Assembly: GCF_006345805.1 (NCBI RefSeq)
Contig: NC_042998.1
Coordinates: 205,716,001-205,780,000, forward strand
Origin: Octopus sinensis
Lineage: Eukaryota
DNA: 64,000 bases
Direction: 5' to 3'
Part shown: in pieces, positions 51,721 through 64,000 of the stretch
How the letters are laid out: each line of letters starts with the position of its first letter
Numbering within the stretch: the stretch's first letter is position 1
The notes under the pieces: generated by a model
Told to the model about the DNA's origin: nothing
Seen by the model: only the letters and a program-made list of their open reading frames with translations
Database searches by the model: none
Made by a program: the position numbers and the translations under genes

Positions 51721-52764
51721 AGTTCAAATCCTGCCAAGCTCAACTTAGATTCAACTCATCCAGAAGGACCCAATAAAATATGTATCAATGAAATACTGGG
51801 TTTAACGTAATATACAAACCCCTTACAGTGTGCTTTTGTAAGAAGTAATCTTTATTACTATGATATACACTTCACTGCAGCTCATCTCTTTGGCAAAGCT
51901 GCAGTCCTGGATCAACCATAGACTGAGGCTGGGTGTCTGATATCTCAAGTATCATCAGGAGCTCACAGCCCTCCACCAGTTTTGCAATGCAATCTGTGGA
52001 TGTTCCACCATAGTGTCCCGTTGAGGATTAGTAGTGGGTATAAGCATTGACATCCTTGGGGAAATCTGGGTATCAATGAAAGAGGACTTTCCAGCCAGGA
52101 TCCATGGATAATTCCCTGACAATGATGCTAGAGGGGCAAGGCTGGTTTGGAATAGATTCGATAGACAAAGTAGTGCTGCCAGCCCAAGACACAAGCAAAG
52201 TAGTGAAACTGTTCTGCATGCACTCATACAGTACTTGAGCATTGCTGATTTGTGGTGTTGTACTGCCTGAGTGGCACTCGAGCCAGTGGAACATTAAGAG
52301 CACATCTGAGCGTGATCATTGTCAGGGCCACGGATTGGCTCCCGTGCCGGTGACACATGAAAAGCACCATCTGAGTGTGATCATTGCCAGCATATGTGCT
52401 GGTGGCACGTGAAAAACAACATTTGAGCGTGGTCATTGCCAGTGCCGCCAGACTGGCTCCCGTGCAGGTAGCACGTAAAAACACCTTTGAAGCATGTTCG
52501 TTGACAGAACTGCCTGACTGGCCCTCGATCTGGTGGCACATAAAAGCACCCACTACACTCTCAGAGTGGTCAGCATTAGGAAGGGCATCCAGCTGTAGAA
52601 ACTCTGCCAGATCAGATTGAGCCTGGCGTAGCCTCCGGCTCACCAGTCCTCAGTCAAACCGTTCAATCCATACCAGCATGGAAAGCGGACATAAAACAAT
52701 GATGATGAAGATGATGTCAAACAGCTGCTATCATGTGTAAGATGGATCTGGCTATCAGCCAAGT

Positions 52765-53190
52765 AGTTACTTAGCAAGGTTAAAAATGCTGACAAACATG
52801 GCATGCTTTGATTCTTCTCTGATATGAAAATCTTCAATCAAGACCAAAACTCTAACAAGAGAAATGACAGAGGATCATGTGCAGATCCTTCTGATGTCCC
52901 AAAGTGGTTCCAACACCTTGAGTGGTTTTAGGAGTGATGAGCAATGAAGGTCATGTCGTGGTGGCTCACATCTCTCCACAGAGTCTCGGAATTAATGTCA
53001 TGGTCCTAAAGACAGTTGTTAATCCCTGGATGGATGAGGTATGCAGTGGAAGAGCATTTACGTTTCACAAAGCCCATAAAGCCTAAGAATGGATGTCACA
53101 CAATCTTTACGATCAGGTAACGCCAAATTTTTGGCCTCCAAACTCGCCAAATTTAAATCCCAAGAACTACTAGTTTCAGACCATTATTGA
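52765..53190 (+). mobile_element. maT/DD37D-like mariner transposase remnant
   Basis: GML*FFSD...NDRGSCADPSDVP...VLGVMSNEGHV...VVNPWMDEV...FWPPNSPNLNPKNY. Confidence 0.65.
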
Positions 53191-54029
53191 AGGGGGGAAT
53201 AGAGGAGATACGTGGCTACTTTACTTACATATGGGTGAGTGGGAGAAACTGGAAAGAAGCTAAGATTATTAGTAATAATGTACAAGACCAAACTCTCAAG
53301 GTACAAAAAGGTGAGCATAAAAGAAATGGACAGTGGATCAGGAGGAGGAGGAGAAGAAAAAGGTGTAATTTCATAAAAATGCGAGGAGAGATGTGGATAA
53401 AGGTGAATGTAGTGAGTGCTGGGCAAGGATGGAAATGAGCTGAAGAGAAATATCAATATCAAGCAGAGATAAGGTAAGAAAGATAAAAGGGATGGTCTAC
53501 AGACACACATGCATGAGTATATTTGAATGTGTGTAAGTGTGTATACAGATGGGTGTGTACAATTGTGTAGAGAAGAATATATGAATCAAAGGAATTGCAA
53601 CTTTGTCTTATTTTCATGTTTTATTTATAATCTTAGAAAATAATGGAATGAAAGAATATTAAATATGTCACCTGACTGAACTTGTACTTTCATGCAATCT
53701 TCAGGTTTGTGTAGTAGCGGTGACAGTCATGTTTTACAATTGACAACTGTAGTGAGATGGCTAAAATGTGTGCCTTAAAAACATTCATATAGGCTCCAGG
53801 ATGTTAAGTTTTGCAAATTGTATTCTGACCAATTAATGTATAGCTTCACTAAATTACTTAAGTTGATTGGTATTTGGTTTAGGCATCATGGTTTGTCGGT
53901 CATGTCAAGAGACCTGGATTTTGACCCGGGCCAAAGCAGTAATTGTTTGGCTATTTTTAGAAATGTTGTATACAACATTTCCCAGGGATTTTTACATTTC
54001 AGTTATCATAATCACCATTATCATCACCT

Positions 54030-54064
<35 letters not shown>

Positions 54065-54189
54065 GATGGTAGGAGTAGCTGTGGTAACAGAACTTTAAAC
54101 CCTAAATGAGATTATTTTTACTGACTTTTCTCTTGACTTAGCAAGAATTTTCCTGCTATCATCATCATCATCATCATCATCATTTAGTA

Positions 54190-56330
54190 CTGTTGTTGCT
54201 GTTGTTTGTTGTAGTGGTCATAGCAGTAGAAACAGTACTTCTAAGTATTATTATTATTATTTGCTTGGGTTGGAATTTATCAGTGAAGTTCTTTTCTCGG
54301 ATTTTTCTCTCAATTTTTCTGGGACTCGGTCGTTTGTGGAATGGAAATATTATAAATATTTTCCAACCGCATGATGGTCACTCAAAAGTATCTGATGGAC
54401 ATCTGTGTCCCTAATTTGCTGTTGGTACACATGTGAACATTCTGATAGTGTGTTTCCAATCTGATCCACATAAAGTTCTTCACAATTTGGCCATTTGATG
54501 CAATAAATTAAATTTCTGTTTTTGCAGTTCATATTTGCGTTCATGAATATTTTTCCTGTTTCCATGTTCATATATTGGCCGGTATATATGAAGTGGCATG
54601 TGTCACATTGGCTATCATTGCATTTAAATACAGTGAATGATTGGTCTTTGTTGCTAAGGTCAAACTTTGCCTTTGTTAATAATTTTTTCAAGTTTTTCAG
54701 TTATCTTTTACTAAGAACCATAGCTCAATCTGTGATTATATCTTTTAATTCACTGCTTTGAGCAATGACTGATAGGTTTGCTTTGACAATGTTGAAGATA
54801 TTCTGGTGACATGGACTGTGTGTCACAATAAATGGTATGTCTTGCTCCGGTTTTCCTCGTTATTGGGTTGTTCTCAGTTGTTGTATGGGTATTTTTATAA
54901 CTCGCTGTATGCTATCTTCTATAAGTAGAGACAGGTATTTTTGTTTGAGCAAAAATCCCTTTAGTTCTGTTAGGTATTTGTTCCTGATATTTGCATCTCC
55001 TACGATGGTGCAAATTCTTCTGGTTAAGCAGTATGAGATGTTGCGTTTTGTATGTGGTGGATGGCACGACTTAAAATTCAGGTATTGATGTGTGTCCATG
55101 TGTTTATAGTATATATCTGTGGTGATGGTGGTGTCCTTCTTAATTACCATTATATCTGGGAATGGTAATTTGGTACTACTCATCAGCTTTGTAAATTGGA
55201 GAGATGGTGTAGGTTGTTCAGGAGGATATTGAACTCTTCCAGAGTATTTAGAGATTCTGTCCAGCAAGCTATCTTTTCCATGCCTTTTCAATATACTTTC
55301 TAAATTCAGTGCTAGAGCTTTCCTCTACTTCTTGGTATAGTTGTTGTTCTAAAGTATCCCATTCCTGAGTTTGTGCAAACAGGAGCAAACCTCATTCCCA
55401 TTGCCATGCTTTTAATCTGGATGTAATTCTTTCCATTGAAGAATGTGTTGTTTCCCAGAATAAGTCTGACTGTGTCTAATATGACGCTGTGAATCTGTTG
55501 GGAATCACTTCTCTATGTTTTTCTACCCAGTAATTAATCACCTTTATTCCTAAATCATGAGGATATTGGTGGAAGGGCTTACCACATCAAAACTAAATAA
55601 AAGTGAATTCGGTTCTGTTGTGTTGGGAAGATGGGACAGGAAGTTGAAGTCATGAAAGGATGAAACTGGGTATGGAGGTACATAGTGGTTTCAAAACAAA
55701 GTCAATAAAACTGTTTAGACGGTGGGTAAGGCATGCTGGATCATAGGTCTGAGTTTTAAGCCTTTGGGATGTAGTAATTTTATGTACTTTCTGGTTCCTT
55801 TACTCCATGTTGAATATCTTTTGACTTATGTATTTTCTGTAAGCCATACAAGTTGCTGGGTTTCGGCTTGAACTTAGTGATGCAGTGTCTTTCATTATCA
55901 GTAAGTGAGTTGTAGTGTTTTGAAGCCAAGTTGTTGATCTTCTTCATGGTATGGTGGTCTATATTTGAAGGTATCTCACAATAGAAGGTTCTGTCCTTCA
56001 GTTGGTCTTCAACCAAATCCTTGCACCCGCTTTATCTGCTTCTTTAATTATTATTGTTTGATTGTTTTGTATATATCACCACCTCCACCATATATAAACG
56101 AGCACACGCACTCAGGTTCCCCTACTCAATATTTTTTATTTATTTTTACCTCCACCAAAAGAATACATATCCAGAAGATGCCCTCGTCTAAATTTGCTAG
56201 TTCGCGGTACGCCCGCCCTCACACCCCCTCCACCTGTACCGGAAGTTCCTATCCTCTGTCATCCTTTGGTTGTCTCCAATGAACACTTCTAAAGGCTTTA
56301 CGCCTTCCCCACCCCTGATTAGGGTTTATC
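54190..56330 (-). mobile_element. Penelope-like (Neptune-type) retroelement pseudogene: RT plus GIY-YIG
   Basis: IIKEADK; NLYGLQKIHK (55780..56016); TDIYYKHMDTHQYLNFKSCHPPHTK (54860..55291); CNDSQCDTCHFI...CKNRNLIYCI...YVDQIG (54350..54691); many disruptions. Confidence 0.9.
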
Positions 56331-56439
56331 TCCTATTTAAGGTAGTGATCATATAGTGCATTAATATGATGGTGTGGTGTATGCTGGTTGAACTGAAGGC
56401 TATTGTTTGTTTATGAATTCTGCCAAATGCGAGCTTTCT

Positions 56440-59400
56440 TTTTAGGTATATGAAGCTGCTCTCCCACATCCCACGGTCTCACGGGTCCACACCTCCCACA
56501 CTTTCAGGGTTGGCACTCTCAACGTTGGCACACTGAAAGGTAGGTCTGGTGAGATTGTTGAGATGCTTGAATGGAGATGTGTCAATATGTGCTGCATCCA
56601 AGAAGTAAGGTGGAGAGGAGGTTCCGCTAGGTTCCTCACAGGTAAAGAAAACAGGTACAAGATTTTCTGAGCAGGGAACACTGATGGGGTCAGGGGCGTG
56701 GGTATACTTCTTGTGGAGAAATAGGTAGATAAGGTAATTGAGGTAGTCAGAGTATGCAACAGAATACTTAAGATGAGATTAATGTTTCATCATGGGTTAG
56801 CAACCATTATCTCGGCCTATGCCCCTCAGCCAGGGCTACCTGATGATGGACAGAAAGACCATTTTATGACACCCTCTTGCAAACTACCTCATTGACGAAT
56901 GACAGGGGCCTTCTCTTTGTGGCTGGTGACTCCAATGGACATGTTGGACAACATACTGGGGGCTTCCATGGCATACATGGAGGCTACGGTTCTGGTTCCT
57001 GCAATGAGGAGGGAACCAGGCTGCTGGAGTTCTGTGATGCAAATGATCTTATGATTTGCAATACCAACTTCAGGGAACCTGCCAGTCACCTAGTCACCTA
57101 CCATTCTGGCAGACACACTAGCCAAATTGACTATATCCTTGCCAGAAAAAGGGAAAGATGGCTGCTTATAAATGCCAATACCTTCCCAGGCGAAGAATGT
57201 ATCCCACAACACAGACTGGTAGTTAGCGACTTCAGGATCAGGGCTAAATGGATGCCCAGATGACCAACATGGAAGAGAAGGGTCTGGAAGCTTAAAGATC
57301 CTGCGAATGGACAGAGATTTAGAGACATATTACTCGAAGCCTTTGATGAAATAGAAGGGGATATAGCTTCACACAATGTAGAAGACAACTGGAGGTCTCT
57401 ACGTGACAACCTGCTGAGGGCCACTGACCAGATCTGTGGATGGTGCAAAGTCCCCTCTCAACCCAAAATAACATGGTGTGGAACAATGTTGTTGACAGGG
57501 CTATAAGAGAAAAGAAACAGGCTTGGAAGGACTGAAAGAACGGTGGTAGCAGGGAATTGTATCAGACTGCCAGAAGGGAAGCTAGGAGACAGGTTTATTT
57601 AGCCAGAGGGGAAGTAGATAAGAAAAAATTTGCCAACGTTGTGCCGCGAGGACCAAAGACTTGAGGTATTTCGTGTTGCAAGACAGTGTGTGAGAGAGAA
57701 TCGAGACGTGGTAGGAGAGAAATGTGTTCGCAAGGATGACAGTTCACTTGTGCTAAATGAGAATGCAAAAAGAGAGGTTTGGAGATGCCACTATGAAAGG
57801 TTGCTGAATAAAGAAAATGCATGGGATAAAGAGAGTCTGCTGAATGTCGACCCAACAGAGGGACCGAATTGACAGTACCTTGGTAGATAAAGCAATCAAG
57901 AGTATGAAGACAGGGAATGCCGCCAGCCCATCAGGAATCACTGCAGAGATGCTCAAAATATCTGGCAGTGTCGGCTATAGCCTAGTCTCCCGTATAGTTA
58001 ACCAGGTGATACACGAAGGAGTCATTCCCAATGATTGGTGTAGCAGCATAATAATCAACTGCTACAAAGGTAAAGTTGACGCTTTAGATACAAATAACTA
58101 CAGAGGTATCAAGCTGTTGGACCAGGTGATGAAGGTTACGGAGAGGGTCATAGCCCAACTGATTAGGGAGAGAGTCAGGTTAAGTGAGATGCAGTTTCGG
58201 TTCATGCCAGGGAAAAGCACCACTGATGCTATATTCCTCATAAGACAGCTGCAGGAGAAATATCTGGCCAAAGATAAACCTCTGTACCTGGCTTTCATTG
58301 ACATGGAGAAAGTCTTTGACAGGGTCCCCCGATCCCTTATCTGGTGGTCAATGAGGAAACTAGGAATAGATGAATGGCTAGTGAGAGCTGCTAGTAAGGT
58401 GAGGGTTGGCAACGAGTACAGTGAAGAATTCCGGGTAGAGGTAGGGGTCCACCAAGGTTCAGTCCTCAGCCCCCTCCTATTTATCATAGTCCTCCAGGCA
58501 ATTACGGAGGAATTCAAGACAGGATGCCCCTGGGAGCTCCTCTATGCTGATGACCTTGCTTTAATTGCTGAGTCACTATCAGAACTAGAGGAGAAGTTTG
58601 AGGTGTGGAAACAAGGATTAGAATCGAAGGCCCTTAGAGTCAACCTAGCTAAAGCCAAAGTCCTAATAAGTAGGAAGGCAGGCAAACCACAAATCCCTTC
58701 AGGTAGATGGCCCTTCTTGATCTGTAGTAGAGGTGTAGGTGGAAACTCTATAACATGTACCCAGTGTAAGCTATGGACACATAAGAGGTGCAGTAATATC
58801 AAAGGAAGGCTAACTGGGAAGATAGTTTTAGTATGTGGCAGATGCTCAGGAACAATAAACACTGAAAATGCACAGGGACCAACTTCCGCCACATTCCAGG
58901 GAGAAAAACTAGAAATAGTTGATAGTTTCCGATATCTTGGTGACCAAATCAGGAGTGGAGGAGCATGCACTGAAAGTGCAGCTGCTAGAATAAGAATAGC
59001 TTGGGCAAAGTTCAGAGAGCTCTTACCTCTGCTGGTGGCAAAGGGCCTCTCACTCAGAGTAAAAGGTAGACTGTATGACACATGTTTACAAAAAACCATG
59101 CTACATGGCAGTGAAACATGGGCCATGACCATGCTAAGGACATGCGTAAGCTCACAAGGAATGAAGCCAGTATGCTCCACTGGATGTGTAATGTCAGTGT
59201 GCATACTTGATAGAGGTGGTGAAGCACAACCTTTGAACATTAGGCCTCACTGAGGCAATGACTAGTGACTGAGACCTTTGGAAGTATGCTGTGTGTGAGA
59301 AGACCCAGCAAGCCAAATGATTCCATAACCTCATGGCCTATGCCAGGGGTGTAACCAGCCCACTTATGCATACCTTTGCGATGACCTGTTGAGGCAAGTG

Positions 59401-59816
59401 AAATTGAAAGTGAATCAAGTTCGATGACTGGCACCTGTGCCAGTGGAGTGTTAAGAGCACCATCAAAGCGTGATCGCTGCCAGAGCAGCTGACTGGCTTC
59501 CATGCCGGTGACAAGTAAAAAGCACCATTCGAGCATAATCGTTAACAGCGTTGCCTTACTGGCACTTGTGCCAGTGGCATGTGAAAAGACATTCGAGTGT
59601 GGCTGTTGCCAGTACCGTCTGACTAACCCTCATGCCAGTGACACGTAAAAGCACCCACTACACTCTTGGAGTGGTTGGCATTAGGAAGGGCATCCAGCTG
59701 TAGAAACACTGCCAGATCAGATTGGAGCCTGGTGCAGCCATCTGGTTCGCCAGTCCTCAGTCAAATCATCCAACCCATGCTAGCATGGTAAGCGGATGTT
59801 AAACGATGATGATGAT
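56440..59816 (+). mobile_element. Near-full-length RTE-clade LINE (APE endonuclease and RT), inactivated
   Basis: APE from about 56503: FRVGTLNVGTLKG...CCIQEVRWRG...GDSNGHVG...QIDYIL; RT ORF 57844..59253 with NYRGIKLLD, GVHQGSVLSPLLF, LLYADDL; 3' UTR and (GAT)n tail; stops and deletions near 56670, 57263, 57870 and 59215. Confidence 0.95.
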
Positions 59817-59821
59817 ATATG

Positions 59822-62244
59822 CTAGCTTAAAACCTGCACACTATGTGGGCTTTTCAGCTAGCTCCTGCGGAGGGCTAATTGGACCTTTGGCCCAAAACTG
59901 AAGAGAGAAATAATAATAAAGCATTTATTGGTACCCTACCATCTCAGATTTATATCACAAAGTACCACATTCAGAGAATTTTGTATTACTGAGACATTTA
60001 GAGATCACTGTAAAGCAGCAGAATGAACAACATTCTTGCTTTTGCCATTTGGTGTTAGCATGAAGAGATTGTTGCCATTTCCAACCCTGGAACAACCAGC
60101 ATAGAGCTGGCCATGGGAAAAGCACTGCTGCATGAGGTGAAGTCCAACAATTTTCAGTGATTATCCTTAACTATTGTTACTTGACATTGCAAAACTAACT
60201 CTTACTGGAAATTGAAATCTCTTGAATTGAAAGGGAATGTCTGCTGGAATCAGTGGAATTCTTGGAATAAATACATTTTCTCCCTTTCCTTTTCTAGTGA
60301 GGATTGTTGCTTCCAAAAGATGTGGATGCCTTTGCCTAACAATCAGTCTTGTTCCATTGCACAGGTTCGGGGGATCCAGATTTCTCAAAAGCATGATTGG
60401 AACTCCTTTCTTCAATGTCAGTTTGTGAGAAGGCATTCCAAGAGGATCGAAAGAGTTAAGAAACTCAATAGGATTCCATTCACAGCCCAATTAGGGTCCA
60501 CAACAGTATCAACTGAGAAATAATTTTTTTCATCAGTATTGATTGATTGCATAAGTTTCCAAATTGACAGCCTGGTCAGTTTCATTCTTTGATGCAAGTA
60601 TGGCTCTTTAACAAAGCCAATCATGGTCTTGAAAATTATGTCCAATGATTGAGTAAACCTTGGTAATCAACTCTTCTACAGTTTTGAGCAAAAAGCCACA
60701 GCCATTTGGAAAAGTGATGTCTCTATTAATGTCTTGCTAAATGCTTCCATTTCCCAGATTTAGGAGCTGAGCTACAAATCTCCCAGCATCCAAATCTCTG
60801 AATAAACTGACTCTCATGTTTTGGCTAAGTGATATTCTAAGCCAGAGGTAGGAATTCTTCAAACAGGCATGAAGCTCACCAGCTGGAGTCTCTTTCATAA
60901 TTACTGGGAGGAGGCTTGTCTAAAGTTTCCCAACATAAGCATTGTGGCACCACCCATGACTTTGTCGTTTTGCCTGATATCTTTTAGTGTCCTGTTCAGA
61001 GCTTCCAATGTATGTTTGTGAGCCATAGCTCATTCACCCCAAACAAGGAAAGAAGTGTTTTTGAGGAGCTGAGCCTTGTGGGTTCCTCTTTTGATAGAGG
61101 AGCAGACTGGATTTTCAAAGTTCTTCAAATGAAATGGAATGCTAAAAGTGGAGTGTGCAGTTCTTCCAGCAAGAAGGATGGTTGCAGCAATGCAAGATGA
61201 TGTCACAGCAAAAGCCACTTTCTTCTGCATTCTGACTGAAGCCAACAGTAGATTCATAACAAGTGTTTTCTCAGTTCCACCAGGAACATCCAGAAAGAAA
61301 ATCCCTTAAGAAAAGGCTCACTGTCGACACCATAACCTTCCAGATCCTGAATGTTGGATCCAATTTCTCTAAATGGACCCGTGTCTCTTTGTTTGGCTTT
61401 AGCAATCCAAACTCCTCATCCTGACAAACATTAATAACTTTGTCTTCAATTCCATACAATGTCCAAATTGGCAACTTCTTGATCCGTAGCCATTGATTCT
61501 AATCCTGGATGAGCAAGTTGCATTTGACAGAGGATATCTTCACTCAAACAATCCTGGTATTTCTCCCACAGTTCCTTCGGATTGGAAAGATCACATGTAG
61601 CAGTCAGGATGGCAAATAGGTTTCTCATTTGCTCAGGTGATCTAATTGCAGCAGCTTCCTCAAGGATCTGATCCTAATGCTCATCAGTCTCATCAGCCTT
61701 AAGAAAGTCTGACTCATCTTCTGCACCTCCTTCTCTCGTTAGAGTCTGACTGCCATCTGCAGTCCTTCCCTGCTGCATCTGCTTCTCTCCTTGCTTGTGC
61801 CTCCTCTGGTGTCTCTGCTGCTCTTTTCTCTCTTTTCCTAAGACCTCTGGTCTTAGAACCTTTCCAAGGCATTTTCTACAAGAGTAAGAAATAAAATGAA
61901 ATTCTGCAATTCACACCATGGAACTTCAGAAACTCACATTAACTCTAAATCAGGCTGAAAGCATAATCTGGCAGAAAGTCAGATGCAGCCAAAAGTCCAA
62001 TGTGGCAGAAAGTCTGATCAAGCAAAACGTCCAATCTGGGCTGAAATTTAAACTTCTTATTCACAAATTCCACAGAACTTTGAAACCTCACAAACAGGAA
62101 ATCTCTCACTCTAACTTGGATCTAGTTTTAAATGAACTGAATTGAAAATATTTCTTGAACTCACAAAGTTTTGGTATTAACTTGAAAAAGTTTTCATCAG
62201 TTTTCTGACAGACAGACAGACAATGTCGTGTTTATTATCATAGC
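59822..62244 (-). mobile_element. Internally deleted Helitron (PIF1-type helicase retained as pseudogene, Rep nuclease absent)
   Basis: DVPGGTEKT (Walker A), GRTAHSTFSIP, EFLNSFDPLGMPSHKLTLKKGVPIMLLRNLDPPNLCNGTRL, FQFPVRVSFAM, SHGQLYAGCSRV, stop at 60005..60007; candidate 3' hairpin plus CTAG at 59822..59825; 5' end GCTATGATAATAAA at about 62244. Confidence 0.85.
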
Positions 62245-62483
62245 TAAGGGAGATAACTCTTGTAAACCTCTCACTGATTTAGAGTTAATGTGAGTTTCTG
62301 AAGTTCCATGGTGTGAATTGCAGAATTTCATTTTATTTCTTACTCTTGTAGAAAATGCCTTGGAAAGGTTCTAAGACCAGAGGTCTTAGGAAAAGAGAGA
62401 AAAGAGCAGCAGAGACATCAGAGGAGGCACAAGCAAGGAGAGAAGCAGATGCAGCAGGGAAGGACTGCAGATGGCAGTCAGAC
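61744..62483. repeat. 210-bp inverted duplication of the Helitron 5' leader
   Basis: Arms 61744..61953 and 62274..62483, one mismatch seen, 320-bp spacer. Confidence 0.9.
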
Positions 62484-63338
62484 ACACACCTAGGACATCA
62501 AGCACATATCACATGTGAACATGTTTATCACATAAATGATGGCTCTCTTGAAACAGCTGTTGAAATAAGACTACATAATTCTGTTCTTTTTTTTCTTTTT
62601 AATCTGTACTTTGTGCTCCATGTCATAACATGCCTCAAGCTGACATTTGTTTACCTTACATATATGTCTATAATAATAAAAGTGGAATTCTGTCTGTCCA
62701 TGTGGGACCCCTGTATCTCAGTCTACATTTGCTCTACATAGACATATACCTTTTTAGAATCAGGATGATCCTGGGATTGGAAATCTTCCTTTCATTTGGT
62801 TCTTGGACATCCAGCATTGGGATCTGATGTAAGAGCATTTAGGTTGCTATCTCTAGCAGGTAAAGCAACAGTGAGAGGTTTCAAATGGAGGATAGAGCAG
62901 AGTGGAAAATTGTGGTCAGAGAGTAGTGAGGTAGTAAAAGAAAAAAGATACAATGAATAAAAGATAATTTTAGCTAAAACAAGGAAAAATTATAATGATT
63001 TTACATAATGAGCAAAGGCACTGTAGAATTTGTATCTACAAGCAAAGATTACACCAGAGAACCAATTAAATAAAGAGGTCACATTTTGACATAGCATAGT
63101 GAGTGACTCCCAATAACCTAATTTAGATGTGATTATTTGCATTGTAGGGGTGTTTAACCACAAATTATAGGCCAAAAGGTATAAGGTGCACCCTGAGTCT
63201 TGAAAGACAGTGTATGTAGGTGGCAAAGAAAGATTATTTTGAAGCTCTATTTAAGAAGCCCAAGCATGCAAAGCAGCATCACTTGAAGTCAGTCACATCT
63301 CCAATGTACACCCAAACCTGTGATTGTACATTTATACA

Positions 63339-63856
63339 TAACTAGCAGTATCGCCCAGCGTTGCTCGGGTTTGTAAGGGAAATAACTATATAAGCATTTT
63401 TAGAGAGTTACTTCCCTTATAGATGCCAATTCGGGCTTTCTTAGCCATTTCTGTTTTGGTGTCTTCAAGCCATGAAGTCGTTGTTCTAAAAGAACACTGG
63501 TCTCCTTGACAACACTTTACGACGTTGATTTCCTTACACTCCCTTCCCCACAGCTTCACGAGGGAGGGAAGAAGGGGGAGAAGCAAACAGGTGCAGGTGT
63601 GACCATGGACGCCAACTCTGCCGCCATCGACACACGAAAAATTATGCATTAAAATGGAATAAAAAATTATGTTAAATTATTTTAAAAATCGTAGACTCAT
63701 CGTAGACGCGCGCTAATACTCAGACGGGCTCAATATGAATCACGACTATAAGATACCCAAATTTGGTTAAACTGCACCGCAAAATGTGGGAGTAGTTAGG
63801 AATTTAAATCGAAGGGGACAGACACTCACACAACTACAGTTTTATATATATAGATT
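63339..63856 (+). mobile_element. Non-autonomous Helitron/Helentron-type interspersed element (HINE/DINE-1-like)
   Basis: Starts TAACTAGCAGTATCGCCCAGCGTTGCTCGGG (CTAG plus GC hairpin) and ends ACAGACACTCACAC...TTTTATATATATAGATT; non-coding. Confidence 0.55.
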
Positions 63857-64000
63857 ATAATGTGGGCATTAGCTATTCAAAGGACAATTTTCAGAAACTC
63901 AACAATTACAAGTTTTCCTACCACAGGTTGATGGGGGCATCCTAAATATCTTACTGTGATTTATATTGTCACTCATCATAGATAGAAAGAAAGGTATTAG

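Noticed and set aside
58098-59240. Minus-strand ORFs of 139 aa and 232 aa
   Set aside because: They are antisense shadows of the RTE reverse-transcriptase frame; likewise 34043..34411, 35262..35639 and 37234..37542
62355-62741. 128-aa + strand ORF as a host gene
   Set aside because: Its first 43 codons are the inverted Helitron leader copy, and the remainder is low-information AT-rich read-through

Overview
AT-rich, microsatellite-dense animal genomic DNA. The SINE and RTE-LINE repeat content resembles an octopus (coleoid cephalopod) genome; this is an inference, not checked. The one well-supported host gene is a + strand SLC27A/FATP very-long-chain acyl-CoA synthetase. Its last nine coding exons (1238..30701, about 504 codons) can be joined by hand in frame through GT-AG junctions, and its 5' exons lie upstream of the window. 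Introns and the 31-64 kb region are filled with transposon debris: Penelope-like elements (PLEs), RTE and CR1-like LINEs, two SINE families, a Tc1 IR/DR transposon, a maT fragment and Helitrons. The main hidden signal is a set of six minimal type I hammerhead-ribozyme (HHR) motifs in the SLC27A introns or just upstream of the first visible exon, plus one degenerate remnant at 49.3 kb. Each has CUGANGA...GAAAC-loop-GUH with a mostly palindromic stem III, and they sit in PLE-derived termini. Two are sense to the pre-mRNA, and the best preserved would cleave 145 nt upstream of a 3' splice site. One sits as the loop of a perfect 97-bp inverted repeat. PLE-borne HHRs are a known class, but their activity and effect on the host gene here are untested.
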